The notes beneath the pieces were generated by a model. That model worked only from the letters and a program-made list of their open reading frames with translations. It was not told the DNA's origin and did no database searches. Of a stretch of 64,000 nt of DNA, positions 9,956 to 21,006 are shown piece by piece (the stretch's first letter is position 1; each line of letters opens with the position of its first letter). This DNA is from a virus (lineage: Duplodnaviria; Caudoviricetes). The position numbers were made by a program, and so were the translations under genes. The stretch lies in the IMG/VR virus record IMGVR_UViG_3300033463_000054, positions 30,898 to 94,897 of that record; one strand, 5' to 3'.

Positions 9956-10587
9956 AGACTCACCACCCTCGTGTAAGTAGGAGGTGTTGCTCCATCAGAT
10001 ACATACTTCATCTTATAGGGATAAACGTCATAGCTTATAGTGAGCGTAGAATAGTTATTTTGAGTTTCGAAACCAGAGACATTTACTCGACCTGACCAAT
10101 ACCATTCACGATTACTGAACTGATCAACAAAATCATTCGTAGGTGGTACAGGGGGTTGAGGTCTGCTAGCATCGAGATTATTAAACTTCTCGAAATATGC
10201 ATCGGAGCATTCATCAAAGAACTGAATGTTTACCACTTGGCCATGAAGGAAGTTCATTATCTCGCTGTAACGTTCCCACCAATACTTTTCAAGCTCGGGT
10301 CGGCCTTCGGAGTTAATGGATTTGTTCATGAGTATGAATTCCATTGATCCGGATCGGTTTTCGAATCGGGGAGCACCTGTCAGAACATTTGAGAGATCGA
10401 GTTTGGAATGCGCTCCCGGTATATCGACGTAATTTGTCTTAACGTTAGGAGGCGCTGTCTGCGGTCTCTTAGAGGGTATCAGATGCCAGTCAAGCCAAGT
10501 ATGTTTGGAAACCTCTACATTAGTATTGTTACGGGTTTCTTTCTTAGTGAATAACACGGCATGAGTACCGTCGTATATCGCATACAT
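9952..10587 (-). CDS. Distal tail protein (Dit)
   Basis: HTWLDWHLIP, KTNYVDIPGA, DLSNVLTG, NRSGSMEF motifs; immediately after the tape measure. Confidence 0.75.
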   Translation of the reverse strand: MYAIYDGTHAVLFTKKETRNNTNVEVSKHTWLDWHLIPSKRPQTAPPNVKTNYVDIPGAHSKLDLSNVLTGAPRFENRSGSMEFILMNKSINSEGRPELEKYWWERYSEIMNFLHGQVVNIQFFDECSDAYFEKFNNLDASRPQPPVPPTNDFVDQFSNREWYWSGRVNVSGFETQNNYSTLTISYDVYPYKMKYVSDGATPPTYTRVVSL

Positions 10588-10624
10588 TAGAGTTGTAACC
10601 TCCTTTTATTTCATTTTGATCATC

Positions 10625-10783
10625 TAAACAACTCAAAGCAAAGCGTATCAAATGCAAGTTATGTTTAACGAGCAACCAAGACGTGAGGTGACATCTATAT
10701 AAACAGTCGTGGTGGCGGAAACTGTCAGGAGTAATCGTCATTATGAGGGAGGTCTTGTATACGCTCTGCTGTCAATTGTTTAT
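10625..10783 (-). ncRNA. Candidate structured RNA with closing stem and internal CUCC/CCUC segments
   Basis: Imperfect ~24-bp inverted repeat TAAACAACTCAAAGCAAAGCGTAT / ATACGCTCTGCTGTCAATTGTTTA. Confidence 0.4.
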
Positions 10784-10787
10784 ATAT

Positions 10788-10838
10788 AAAAAAAAATGCC
10801 TACTAACTCAACCGTTAGCGCGATCAAGCTAGTAGGCT
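10788..10838 (-). terminator. Intrinsic terminator after the tape measure gene
   Basis: GCCTACTA...TAGTAGGC stem followed by a T-run on the minus strand. Confidence 0.7.
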
Positions 10839-10870
10839 AAAAACAATGGAGGACTAATTAATTATTTTGA

Positions 10871-13800
10871 TCAAACACCGCGAGCTTTGAGTGCTGAAGC
10901 GACACCAAGATCTTTATTGGTAAACTGAGATATTAGTTTCAACTGAGCAGCGTTAATGGTTGCGGGGACAGGTGTCGTCGCGGAAGTATAGGTATTATCG
11001 TTAATCATGCCAAGATATGTCAGCATACTGTTCTGGATTGTACTCATCTCATTGACCTTATTGTAAATAGAAGCAGTATTAGTTTCTATACTCATCAGGT
11101 AATCGATTGTGGATCTAGCAGTCTGAGCAGCAGATTGAGATGTCGTGCCGGTTTGCTGTCCATTTTGAGCAGTACCGGTCTGACTCTTTGTGCCAGTATA
11201 ATTGGTCTTTGTGCCACTTGTCTGCTGACCATTAACCTGAGACGTTTTAGCCTGCGAGTTCTGAGCATTTTGAGTAGCATCAGCCATCATCATTACACCA
11301 TCAGCTGTAGTCTGTTGAGCTTGAGTCTGCTCTTGCATAGCGGTGATGCCTTCTTCAAAGTACATCATGTCTGTAGGATTATAGAACTTGAATTTACCGT
11401 CGTCGGTCATTATAGGCTTACCGTTCTTATCGGTAATAAGCACTCTATAGTAACTCAACTGTTTGCCATAATATTCCTTACCGAGATAATCCTTGTCCTT
11501 AACAAACTTATATACGCTCTTGTTCTCAGCCTCGATGTATTTACCTGTTTCAGGATCATAGAGCACATTCTTGCCATTCTTAGATTTACTAGGCGTACCC
11601 TTACTATTAGTTATTAGAACTTTACCATTACCGAGATCGTATCCGAAATAGGCTTTACCATTTTTATCATCGCCCCAAGTATATCTAGCAGTTTGAGCTA
11701 AATAATCCTTGTCGTAAATCTTAGCAGTAACGTCTTTAATATACATATCTTTTTGCTGCTGTATAAGGTTAGCCTCTTTTTCTTTAGCCTGATCTTCGGC
11801 CATAAGAGCGTTCCAAAGAGCAATATTAGCTTCCATGGTCTTAGTGTCCATAGTAATCATGTTACCCTTGGCGTCACTAACCATACGCAGATCCTTATCA
11901 ACCTGATACCAGAAATCGGATCCAACATCACGCTTCCACCAAATTTCAGGATCGTTGTAATCCTTTGCAAGGTTATAGCCGTTATCCTTAGCCGCTTTCT
12001 CAACCTTTTTAGCGGTTTGCTGGAATATAGGAGCAACGAGATTAAGAGTCTTAGCAGCTTCGATATAAGTGCCGTCGAGACCTCTGAGGACCATGTTGTC
12101 GTCTTTGGATTGTCCAGTATAGCCTGCGATCTGATCTTTAACTTCCTGACTAGCATTAGCAAAGTTAGAATTATTAGTCATAGAGTCGGCAAGACCGTCC
12201 ATATAGGCAGTTCCATCAAGAGCTCCAAGATCGCCAAAGTCATTTTGACCAAATCCATACTTGTCATACAGCGATGCAAGATCCATTTCAGGCATCTTAG
12301 TCATTTCGCCGAGATCAAGTTCAGGGAGTTTAAGATCGTCAGTATTAAGGAGGTCTTCCATGTTAAAGTTACCAGCAGCTTCAGAAATAGCATCTGCTAT
12401 AGGGTTCTCACCTTCGCCGAGTTTGAGGAATTCACTGAAATCGAGCCATTTCTGACCATCTTCACTTTCAAACAGATCAGTTATACCCAAGAAGTCAGTA
12501 ACCTCTTTAAGTGTTTCTTCATTAAGCAAAGACGATGTATCCCAGTTCCATCCAACAGCTTCAGTAAATGCCGTTACGGGATCTTTACCTTGAGCCATAT
12601 ACTGCTGCCATGTTTGAATAGTATCCTGAGCCTTACCGGAAAGTTTCTCCCATGAAAGATTTGTTTTGATTTTCTGATAAAGTTTAGAATTAGTGTCAAG
12701 ACCTATAGCATTAGCAAACTGATCCACAGACTCGCCGAAGTTAAACTGTATACCGGATTTCTCAAGCCATGAATCAAACTGTGTCTTGAGATCATTAAGA
12801 GTCGTACCGAACGTGCCGGATACCTTAGACGCAACATCTTTAAGTCCAGCAGCCCATGCCACATTACCTGCATTACCGGAGAACAAGTTAGCAATTACAG
12901 ACCAGAAACTATCGACAAATCCCTGACCAGCATTAGCACCGGCTGTTACACCAGTTTGTCCGCCCCATTTAACCATTGAGGCTTCAGCTTCAGCTTCGGT
13001 AGCGCCCTTATAAGTGGGATCATTTTTAGCTTTGTTTTTGAGTGCTTCTATTCTAGCCGCCGTATCAGGACTAATATTGACAGTAACGTCATCACCGATA
13101 ATATTACCATCGCCAGATACGCCACCGCCAAGACCAACGTCTTCAGCATTTTCCCAATACGAATCTAAAACGCCAAACCTTTGTTCAATTTCACTTGCTT
13201 GATAACGATCGTTAATATTAGATTTAATACTCTTTAAATATTCTGAATTCTTTCTTTCGTATTCAACCTGCTGCTCCATAGAAGTTTTCATTGCTGCACT
13301 TCTAGTAGCTTCGGCTTCACGCTGTCTTGATTTTAAACTGATTTGGTTTCCTTCAGAATCTATAAATGTACCACCTGCACGAATATAAGCTTCAACAATG
13401 TCATCAGTAGTGGGTTTATCTTCACCCCAAAACGCAGGATCGAACGAATCATTAAATAATTCAACAAGTTCGTCTTGTCTAGCATACGACCATACATTGT
13501 CGCTATCTATAAGCTTTCTAAACGCATCTTTTGTAGCAACCGTATAATCAACTATACCATTAATTCTCTGCATATCAGCAGTGGATTGATCGAAATATGA
13601 TCTATAATTTTCTTTAGCCTGTTCATCAAGCGATTGTAGTCTCTTATTCTCCTGACGAGCATCATAAATTTGAGCACCAAGATCTTTAAAGTAATTGGTC
13701 CATCCCATTTTGAGTATTCCAATTACTGCTTCAGCCATGTCGCTCGTTTGCTTAAGTATGTCACCAACAGCAAGAAGCATCGAATCTACAACCAATGTTG

Positions 13801-16800
13801 TGAAATCGCCGAGTATTGTAGCCCATTCTTCTTTATGTGTTTCAAGCCATGTCGTGAGGTCATTAAGACAATTTTCTATGGTAGACCAATTATTAGACAT
13901 ATCAATAATTGCTTGAACGACTAAATAGAACGCCAAAGCGAGTAAAAATACCGATGCAGCAAATGCTAAACAACCAAGAGAAAGAGGTCCTAGTAATGCT
14001 CCTAGTATACCCAATATAACCGTAACTATACCAAGAACTATACCAAAAGTAACAAAGATTTGAACACCCTTTTCAATAGCATCCCAACCATCTTTAGATT
14101 CTTCTGCAGCCTTAACGAGCATGATTATAGCACCGGCAATAGCCACCAACGATAGAGCAACTATACCAAATGCTACAGATATCATAACTAGCGATGCCGC
14201 AACTTGTATTAAATTAGCTCCGGGAACAAATGCACCAATTAATCCTATTGCTATGAATAATGCTGCAATTATAGCAATAACTTGGAAAGCGTTATCCCAT
14301 GTTGGATCAAGTGCTGCAACAATACCAAGAGCACCAGCTATAGCCACAACACCCGCAGCCATTATAGCAAACGAAGCTGCTGCAGTAAGAAGATCGCTAG
14401 GATTTAAGAAGTAATTAAGAATATAAATATACACGGCCGCCAAAGCCATTATAATACCTATAAACGCTTCTGCATTTAGCACGGCATTTTCGTTTTCACG
14501 TGCTGCATCAGCGATCATTTTGACCGCAAACGATATAGCAAGAACCGATACCGCCATAATTGCCAACGATCCGGCAGCAGCAAGCATCTTACCGGGTTCG
14601 CCAAGGGTCTTAGTAAGAAGCCATAGAGCGCCTATAAATAAAGCTAAGACACCAAATATGCCAATAACACCTAATATAAATTTTATTGAATTATCAGTTT
14701 CTCCCCATTTCCACTCGGACATGTATTCACCGGTGGACTTTACCATCTCGACAACTGCAAAGAGAATGATCGCCATAACTGCCATAAGACCAATCATGGC
14801 CCATATCTTACCAGCAGTAACATCCTTTAGAGTATACCCTATCGCGGCAATCAATACTGCAAGCATAGCCATTATGATCGCAAGGCCAGCAAGACCCTGA
14901 GCATATACGTCAATATCAAGGTTACCGAGTATAGTTAGAGGAAGAATAAGCAATGTAATAGCACCAACTACGAGCATTAACGCCTTACCAAAGTCAGCCA
15001 TATCCTTGCCGAAGCTAGTGATGCTATCCTTGGTTTTCTTACGTTTAGAGAATATACCCTTTCGCTTAACTTCAGTTGATTCGGTGAGAACCTTAGAACC
15101 ACCGCTAAGCTTGGTCATACCTCCGTAGAAGAGCATTAAAACGCCTATAAACAACGCCAATACAGTCATAAGCTGAGCAAGACGAACTATACCCTGCTTA
15201 TAAATATTAGGATCAGATATGCTCGAAAGAATGCTCAGCGGTACAAGCAGAAGTAAAAGTGCACCGGTGACAGACAATAATCCAACACCAATAAAGAATA
15301 CGCTCTTTGCTATTCCAGTAGCATCTCCGAACTTTCTAGCTCCTATTTTGACTATAGCACTTATTAGCGCAAATACCGCACAAAGTAAAGCAAGCCAACC
15401 AAGAACTTCAGTAAGTTTAGCTATGCCGCCCTCATAAATTTGAGGATCCATTTCGCCAAAATGTTCTATAACATCCGCTATAAGATCCAAACCAGCGGCA
15501 ATTAATAATAATGCACCAGCGGCTGATAGAATTGTCGTGCTAAACATCGGACTTGCAGTTAACAATCTACTTAGTCCTATTACTATAGCAACATAGGCTA
15601 AAACATAAGACATTATGCCAAAAAGTCCAAAGAAACCTTTGCCAATGTCAGTCCATGACATTGCGCCTATTTGTTTTATAGGTATTATAAGCAAATCAAT
15701 AGCAGCAACCATGACAAGTAATGCCGCTCCTATAAATAACAAATCACTAGCCCATCGATCAATTCGAAGAGCATTTGCCATGCCTACACCGCCGAATAAG
15801 CTTCTACCAGAAACTATGTCTACGAGTGCACCAACAAATATAACCATCCAAGACATTAATAGAATAGTTGCGACTCCACCTTGTATAAGAAGCGGTAAAG
15901 GAGTATATGCCAATATTTCAATAGGTATAAGAAGTAGATTTATAGCAACTGTAATTTCTATAAGCGCAAGACCTATATGAAGAATACCTGCACTAGATGA
16001 AATCATATGAGCTGAATTAGCGAGATTCGACATCATCTTAGTTGTAAGCTTAAATAATTTACCAATCCATTTTAAGAGGAAAGACAATGCTAGATAACCC
16101 TGAAGTAGTAACGGGAAAGGTATAGCCGAAAGAGCAACTAAAGAAACAACAAGTGCACCAATAGCCACAACTACAATACCAAGAGTTATGGCCATCGTCT
16201 TAATATTTTGATAGAAAAGTTCAGGCCCTCTAAGCGACATCATCTTGCCTGTATTCTTAGGATTAGCCATTTTCGATATGCAAAGAAGCATTAACGAAAT
16301 ATAAACGCCTAAGAACATTAGTGCGGAAAGACCTTGAGTGAGTTCTTCTCTAGGAAGTTTACCAAGAGCCTTGATCGAGGGTCTAAGCATGTTTATAGCG
16401 ATGACCATTATGATCATCGACTTAAATAGCTGAGTCAGGGCCTGCATTTCACCCTTGTATTTAATTACACTCTGCTTTGAGAATGATGCTACAGCTATTC
16501 GCAGCATACCCACAAAGAACGACATAGCCGCCATTAGACCAGCAAGACCTAGGAGACCGATAATCATCTCTTCGGGATCCATCTTACTGATTTTCATCAT
16601 TACAGCTGCTAGAATTAGCATAGACATAGCTACACTAGTAAGCTGTTTCATCATACCAGCGAGACCAGATGCGCCGACCTTAGACGATGTAATACTGGAA
16701 ATAATAGCCATTGAACCAAGGAGAGCTACAAGAGTGCCGCCCATTATGAGCATTACAACTTTAAGCTTCTGAGGTTCGATCTGAGCAAGCAACAGTGCAG

Positions 16801-19333
16801 CAATAGCTATTTCGAGAATAGCTGCGCCGATCTGCTTAAGTATAGTAGCCTTTATTGCTGTCTGGAATGTTTCAAGTGTCTCTTGGAATGTCTCGATGGC
16901 TTCATTAATGGCATCCATGATCGTGAGGGTTTTGCCTTCCATAACAGCCATAACGATCGACTGTATGAGAACGAAAAGCATACCCAGAATACCAAGACCT
17001 GTACCAGATCCATTAGATCCAAACGAGCTGTCTTTAAATGATGCAAAGAACTTATTAACCATTTCAGCGCCAAGAGCGAAGAAATTGATTATCTGAGTCA
17101 TCGCATTGACAACTAGAGTACCAATGTTTTTGATCAATGTAGGAAGCTGAGCAAACAGTCTACCAAGAGCCTGACCAAAACCAGTCTGCATAAATTTATT
17201 GTATGCATCGGTCAACTTTGTAAATATAAAGTTAGCGATACTCTGAAGAGTAGTAAGAACTGTGTTACCAGCCTTCTGAAGAGTGCTAGCAAATCCAGTA
17301 GTTTCAGTTTCAGCCTTACTGAAGAAGCCACTAATAAACTTAATAACACTGCCGAGTAAGAACTTACCGAGATTTGTGAGATACTCTATAACAGTATCGT
17401 CCATTACAGACTGTTTAAACTTAGTAATAAGTGCAGCTATAATCTTGCAGACGATCTCAATAGTCCTAGCTATCTCTTTACTCTTCTCTTCAAGCACGGA
17501 TCCATTTTCATCAACTTTAATAAAGAGATCAAGGATAGTGTCGAATGAGGGAAGAATAGCCTTTATTATACGAAGAATACCCTTACCAAGAGAGCCAATT
17601 ACACGAGCAACCGCCCTAACGATTTTGAGCAAACCACGGAAAGCTTCACGTATTCTTTCAGCGAGGGAAGTAGCTCTCTTCATAGCTAGCTCGGCTTCGG
17701 TCATCTTCTCTTCATCACGTTCAGTAATAATAGTGCTTACCGTTGCCTTAACTACTTCTAACGCTTTATTAAGTCTAAAAGTAGCATAAGCCAAATGCAT
17801 ACCCATTCGTTCGAATGTCTGCATATGAGGAAATGTTTCTTTAAATACATCTCCTAAAGCAGTTTCTATAGCTTCTTTTATGCTATAAAATATATCTCGA
17901 AGATTAGTAAATACCGAACTTCCTTCAGTACCAAACAAAAGCACTTGACCATGAAACTTTTTCCAAGCTTCAGTGATCTCAAGTATATAATCTACAGGCT
18001 GAGCAAATATATCGTAAAACAGATCGCCAAATTTAGTCCAAATCTTTTTAGCTTCCTCATAATTACCAAATATAATTTGGAATATGTTCATCCATTTGGT
18101 TGAAACTGCATCTGCTGTAGCCGAGATAACATCTGCAAACGTTTTGTATTCCTGAGCTGCCAAGAATGCAGATCTACTCATATTATAGAAATAACCAGTG
18201 ACATTTTCGCCCTTTAGATTCTTAGTGACTTTGGTCATATCCAAAGCCTGTTCCATGCTAATACCTAAATCACTAGTTAATTTCTTAAGCTCTTCTGAAT
18301 CTTTACCGTATTTAGCAATAATATCAGACATCTCTTTTGAGTATGTCTCATTTACCCAATCGAGATAATCTACAACACCCGAAGCAAGATTAAATGAAAT
18401 TTCTTTATCATTTGCTTCGTAGTAAGCATCTTTTATACTATCAGCAATGGCTTCGGTACCTTTATCTTGTATCTCTTTTACATAATTGGAATACTGACCA
18501 TAAACCTTGGTCGCTTCCATCATTATTGTACTATCAAACCACTTATCTTTAAGTGTGCTTCTGAAGTTCTCAACAGTAACCCCATACTTATCAATAACAT
18601 CTTCAGAAATCTTTCCTGATTTATAAAGTTCTTTAGCTGTAAGAATCACAGTTTCCTTAAAGCTAGCAGTTGCCATGTTAGCGTTCTCAATCGATTTCCA
18701 GTCCTGAGACTGCATCGCTCCAGCGCCCATCGCCTGTGAGAAATTATACATAGCTGCAGAAGCTTGCTGAAGATTAGCACCTGAGAGATATGCCCAGTTT
18801 GAGATACCCATCATTGCCTGAGAAGCTTCTTCAAGTTCAATACCAGCAGAAGTAAACTTACCAATATTATTGGTCATGTCCGTGAAGTTAGCAGAAGTCT
18901 CGTCTGTATACCAGTTGAGCTTTTCCATCTGCTCTTCAACAAACTCTATAGATTTACCAGTAGCGTTCATGATTGTCTGAACACTACTTAGTTTTTCTTC
19001 GTATTTTGAGAAACCAGCATCTATCTGATCGAAAGTCAGACTATTTATAGCCCTTTGTGCGGAAGCGATTGTGTTCGTGAAGAAAGCACCAATCTCGCCA
19101 CCGATTTTGAGCATAATGCCTCTAAAGAGTTCAGCCTTAGCGTTAATAACTGTCTCGGCATTACTCATACCCTTACTAACAGCATTAGAGATACTGTCGG
19201 GTTTCAAGTTATCTCCCAGTGTGGAGACTTGCTTATCTATGCTTTCGAGACTCTTTTGGCTCTTGGCAATATTCTTTTCAAAGGCCTCGTTATCAAAGAC
19301 CATTTGAACGACTCTCTTGTCAACTGTGCTCAC
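10871..19333 (-). CDS. Tape measure protein
   Basis: 2820 aa; N-terminal tape-measure domain (LNWYTDET...MTNNIGKFTSAG); long helical/hydrophobic repeats. Confidence 0.95.
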   Translation of the reverse strand: MSTVDKRVVQMVFDNEAFEKNIAKSQKSLESIDKQVSTLGDNLKPDSISNAVSKGMSNAETVINAKAELFRGIMLKIGGEIGAFFTNTIASAQRAINSLTFDQIDAGFSKYEEKLSSVQTIMNATGKSIEFVEEQMEKLNWYTDETSANFTDMTNNIGKFTSAGIELEEASQAMMGISNWAYLSGANLQQASAAMYNFSQAMGAGAMQSQDWKSIENANMATASFKETVILTAKELYKSGKISEDVIDKYGVTVENFRSTLKDKWFDSTIMMEATKVYGQYSNYVKEIQDKGTEAIADSIKDAYYEANDKEISFNLASGVVDYLDWVNETYSKEMSDIIAKYGKDSEELKKLTSDLGISMEQALDMTKVTKNLKGENVTGYFYNMSRSAFLAAQEYKTFADVISATADAVSTKWMNIFQIIFGNYEEAKKIWTKFGDLFYDIFAQPVDYILEITEAWKKFHGQVLLFGTEGSSVFTNLRDIFYSIKEAIETALGDVFKETFPHMQTFERMGMHLAYATFRLNKALEVVKATVSTIITERDEEKMTEAELAMKRATSLAERIREAFRGLLKIVRAVARVIGSLGKGILRIIKAILPSFDTILDLFIKVDENGSVLEEKSKEIARTIEIVCKIIAALITKFKQSVMDDTVIEYLTNLGKFLLGSVIKFISGFFSKAETETTGFASTLQKAGNTVLTTLQSIANFIFTKLTDAYNKFMQTGFGQALGRLFAQLPTLIKNIGTLVVNAMTQIINFFALGAEMVNKFFASFKDSSFGSNGSGTGLGILGMLFVLIQSIVMAVMEGKTLTIMDAINEAIETFQETLETFQTAIKATILKQIGAAILEIAIAALLLAQIEPQKLKVVMLIMGGTLVALLGSMAIISSITSSKVGASGLAGMMKQLTSVAMSMLILAAVMMKISKMDPEEMIIGLLGLAGLMAAMSFFVGMLRIAVASFSKQSVIKYKGEMQALTQLFKSMIIMVIAINMLRPSIKALGKLPREELTQGLSALMFLGVYISLMLLCISKMANPKNTGKMMSLRGPELFYQNIKTMAITLGIVVVAIGALVVSLVALSAIPFPLLLQGYLALSFLLKWIGKLFKLTTKMMSNLANSAHMISSSAGILHIGLALIEITVAINLLLIPIEILAYTPLPLLIQGGVATILLMSWMVIFVGALVDIVSGRSLFGGVGMANALRIDRWASDLLFIGAALLVMVAAIDLLIIPIKQIGAMSWTDIGKGFFGLFGIMSYVLAYVAIVIGLSRLLTASPMFSTTILSAAGALLLIAAGLDLIADVIEHFGEMDPQIYEGGIAKLTEVLGWLALLCAVFALISAIVKIGARKFGDATGIAKSVFFIGVGLLSVTGALLLLLVPLSILSSISDPNIYKQGIVRLAQLMTVLALFIGVLMLFYGGMTKLSGGSKVLTESTEVKRKGIFSKRKKTKDSITSFGKDMADFGKALMLVVGAITLLILPLTILGNLDIDVYAQGLAGLAIIMAMLAVLIAAIGYTLKDVTAGKIWAMIGLMAVMAIILFAVVEMVKSTGEYMSEWKWGETDNSIKFILGVIGIFGVLALFIGALWLLTKTLGEPGKMLAAAGSLAIMAVSVLAISFAVKMIADAARENENAVLNAEAFIGIIMALAAVYIYILNYFLNPSDLLTAAASFAIMAAGVVAIAGALGIVAALDPTWDNAFQVIAIIAALFIAIGLIGAFVPGANLIQVAASLVMISVAFGIVALSLVAIAGAIIMLVKAAEESKDGWDAIEKGVQIFVTFGIVLGIVTVILGILGALLGPLSLGCLAFAASVFLLALAFYLVVQAIIDMSNNWSTIENCLNDLTTWLETHKEEWATILGDFTTLVVDSMLLAVGDILKQTSDMAEAVIGILKMGWTNYFKDLGAQIYDARQENKRLQSLDEQAKENYRSYFDQSTADMQRINGIVDYTVATKDAFRKLIDSDNVWSYARQDELVELFNDSFDPAFWGEDKPTTDDIVEAYIRAGGTFIDSEGNQISLKSRQREAEATRSAAMKTSMEQQVEYERKNSEYLKSIKSNINDRYQASEIEQRFGVLDSYWENAEDVGLGGGVSGDGNIIGDDVTVNISPDTAARIEALKNKAKNDPTYKGATEAEAEASMVKWGGQTGVTAGANAGQGFVDSFWSVIANLFSGNAGNVAWAAGLKDVASKVSGTFGTTLNDLKTQFDSWLEKSGIQFNFGESVDQFANAIGLDTNSKLYQKIKTNLSWEKLSGKAQDTIQTWQQYMAQGKDPVTAFTEAVGWNWDTSSLLNEETLKEVTDFLGITDLFESEDGQKWLDFSEFLKLGEGENPIADAISEAAGNFNMEDLLNTDDLKLPELDLGEMTKMPEMDLASLYDKYGFGQNDFGDLGALDGTAYMDGLADSMTNNSNFANASQEVKDQIAGYTGQSKDDNMVLRGLDGTYIEAAKTLNLVAPIFQQTAKKVEKAAKDNGYNLAKDYNDPEIWWKRDVGSDFWYQVDKDLRMVSDAKGNMITMDTKTMEANIALWNALMAEDQAKEKEANLIQQQKDMYIKDVTAKIYDKDYLAQTARYTWGDDKNGKAYFGYDLGNGKVLITNSKGTPSKSKNGKNVLYDPETGKYIEAENKSVYKFVKDKDYLGKEYYGKQLSYYRVLITDKNGKPIMTDDGKFKFYNPTDMMYFEEGITAMQEQTQAQQTTADGVMMMADATQNAQNSQAKTSQVNGQQTSGTKTNYTGTKSQTGTAQNGQQTGTTSQSAAQTARSTIDYLMSIETNTASIYNKVNEMSTIQNSMLTYLGMINDNTYTSATTPVPATINAAQLKLISQFTNKDLGVASALKARGV

Positions 19334-19716
19334 GTGCTCATCTCCTTCTGGAACTTATTCATGATTTCTTCGTATATAGGGGACAAAGCAGGATTGATGT
19401 AATCTCTCCCCTGTACACGAAAACCGGTCTTAGTAACAAAACCATATTGTATAACTATAGCAACAGGTACGCCATTTTGAATATTTGTATTATCCCAGAG
19501 AAGTAGAGTTTTTCCATTCTGGTGTTCTATTCGATAAGTCCAAGATCTGGAGGTCAAACCTGTCCGTTTAGGTGTATAATACTCAAGATTTCTAACACCT
19601 TGTTCGCCGTACTCAGCAAGAATCTTATCTATCTCTTTTTGAGACATACGTTTAAAGAATGAAAACGTATTAGAGAAACTGCCACTATTCTTAAATCCAA
19701 TAGCACTTTTAGACAT
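19330..19716 (-). CDS. Neck/tail-completion protein (HK97 gp10-like)
   Basis: TPKRTGLTSRSW, IQYGFVTKTG, GRDYINPA motifs. Confidence 0.7.
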   Translation of the reverse strand: MSKSAIGFKNSGSFSNTFSFFKRMSQKEIDKILAEYGEQGVRNLEYYTPKRTGLTSRSWTYRIEHQNGKTLLLWDNTNIQNGVPVAIVIQYGFVTKTGFRVQGRDYINPALSPIYEEIMNKFQKEMST

Positions 19717-19736
19717 AGTCAGACCTCCCTTCTATT

Positions 19737-20396
19737 TTATACTGGAACGAAATAAGTTTTATAACTATATCCCTGAATAGTTAAATCGCCAGTCTGCTTA
19801 TCACGATAAGTATAGAAATCACGATTCCAGCCACTATAACCTTTCACAAACTCTTCACCGGTCTTAGTGGTTTTAATATTTTTAACATCTTTAATTCTAG
19901 TATTACCATACTTATTAATGGCGTCATTTACAGCATTCTTATATCGATTAAGAGCATGTTCTGCCTGAGCTCTTTCAATATTTTTCATTTGCTGAGCAGC
20001 TCGGTTAACCTGTTCGGAACGTTTAGTTATCTTAGAATCTTCGCCAAAGACTTTCTTAACAACATTAAGATTACGCTCGGATTTCTTAGCAAACCTATCT
20101 GCTGCTTCGCTAAATTCTCTACGTTCTATAGCCGAATTACGATATTCATTAAGAACCTTCTTATCACTCTTATACTGTTTCTTAGTCTCACGATTCATTC
20201 GCTTACCAGTCTCTCCATATCGACCATAATGAATAACACCCTCAGGAGTAAGAGAACCATCTTCATTTTGATACTTACGAATTCCCCACTTCTGACCATC
20301 TACACCATGATGATAAAGTTCATTATCGTACTGTCCGGATCTATTTTGAAGTATCGTAGTCGCTGCACGATACATTTCGAGGCTATATTCTGACAT
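19737..20396 (-). CDS. HHG-motif (DUF7211-like) basic protein
   Basis: ELYHHGVDGQKWGIRKYQNEDGSLT; start moved to the ATG after GGAG. Confidence 0.75.
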   Translation of the reverse strand: MSEYSLEMYRAATTILQNRSGQYDNELYHHGVDGQKWGIRKYQNEDGSLTPEGVIHYGRYGETGKRMNRETKKQYKSDKKVLNEYRNSAIERREFSEAADRFAKKSERNLNVVKKVFGEDSKITKRSEQVNRAAQQMKNIERAQAEHALNRYKNAVNDAINKYGNTRIKDVKNIKTTKTGEEFVKGYSGWNRDFYTYRDKQTGDLTIQGYSYKTYFVPV

Positions 20397-20454
20397 TTTG
20401 TATTCACTCCGATCTTTAAAAAGAAAATAAGCTGTTGAGAGGAAGATGCTATTA

Positions 20455-21006
20455 TCACATCTTCCCCTTAGCCGCTCTACGCATCTGATTGAGTTTAGCA
20501 TAATGATCTGCAGTTTCACCCTTAGACATCTTCTTAGGATTGTTCTTTATACCACAAACCTTGAGTAAAGTCATAAGTTTATTCAAATGCCAATATTGAC
20601 ATTCGAATGGTATTTCAAGAGAGATCATGTAATAGTATATAACCTCGGCGGTTAATACTTCTTTCTTTCCTTTGTTCTTATCCTTACCGTGAAACGTAGT
20701 AGCAGTATGAGAATCTTCCATATATTTAACAATAATCTCCAAAGCAGAGTCGTCTGTTATAATACGTTTCGTCTGCTCTGGAGATAGTATTTCATGATTG
20801 ACTTCATTAAGCGCCATATACGGAATGTAAGATAGGACGTCATCTTGAGTAGTTTTCTCGGTAAGGAATGGTTTCTTGTATACTTCTTCCCATTTTGAAA
20901 CAGTATACAAAGAATGTTCGAGTTCTATGTTTACCTCTTCCCCGTATTCGAACGATTGTGTTTCTTCATTGAATAATTCTATACGAGGAAGAGCGATTTT
21001 GAGCAT
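20455..21006 (-). CDS. Tail assembly chaperone-region protein
   Basis: LEHSLYTVSKWE and WHLNKLMTL; TAATG overlap with the upstream gene. Confidence 0.6.
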   Translation of the reverse strand: MLKIALPRIELFNEETQSFEYGEEVNIELEHSLYTVSKWEEVYKKPFLTEKTTQDDVLSYIPYMALNEVNHEILSPEQTKRIITDDSALEIIVKYMEDSHTATTFHGKDKNKGKKEVLTAEVIYYYMISLEIPFECQYWHLNKLMTLLKVCGIKNNPKKMSKGETADHYAKLNQMRRAAKGKM

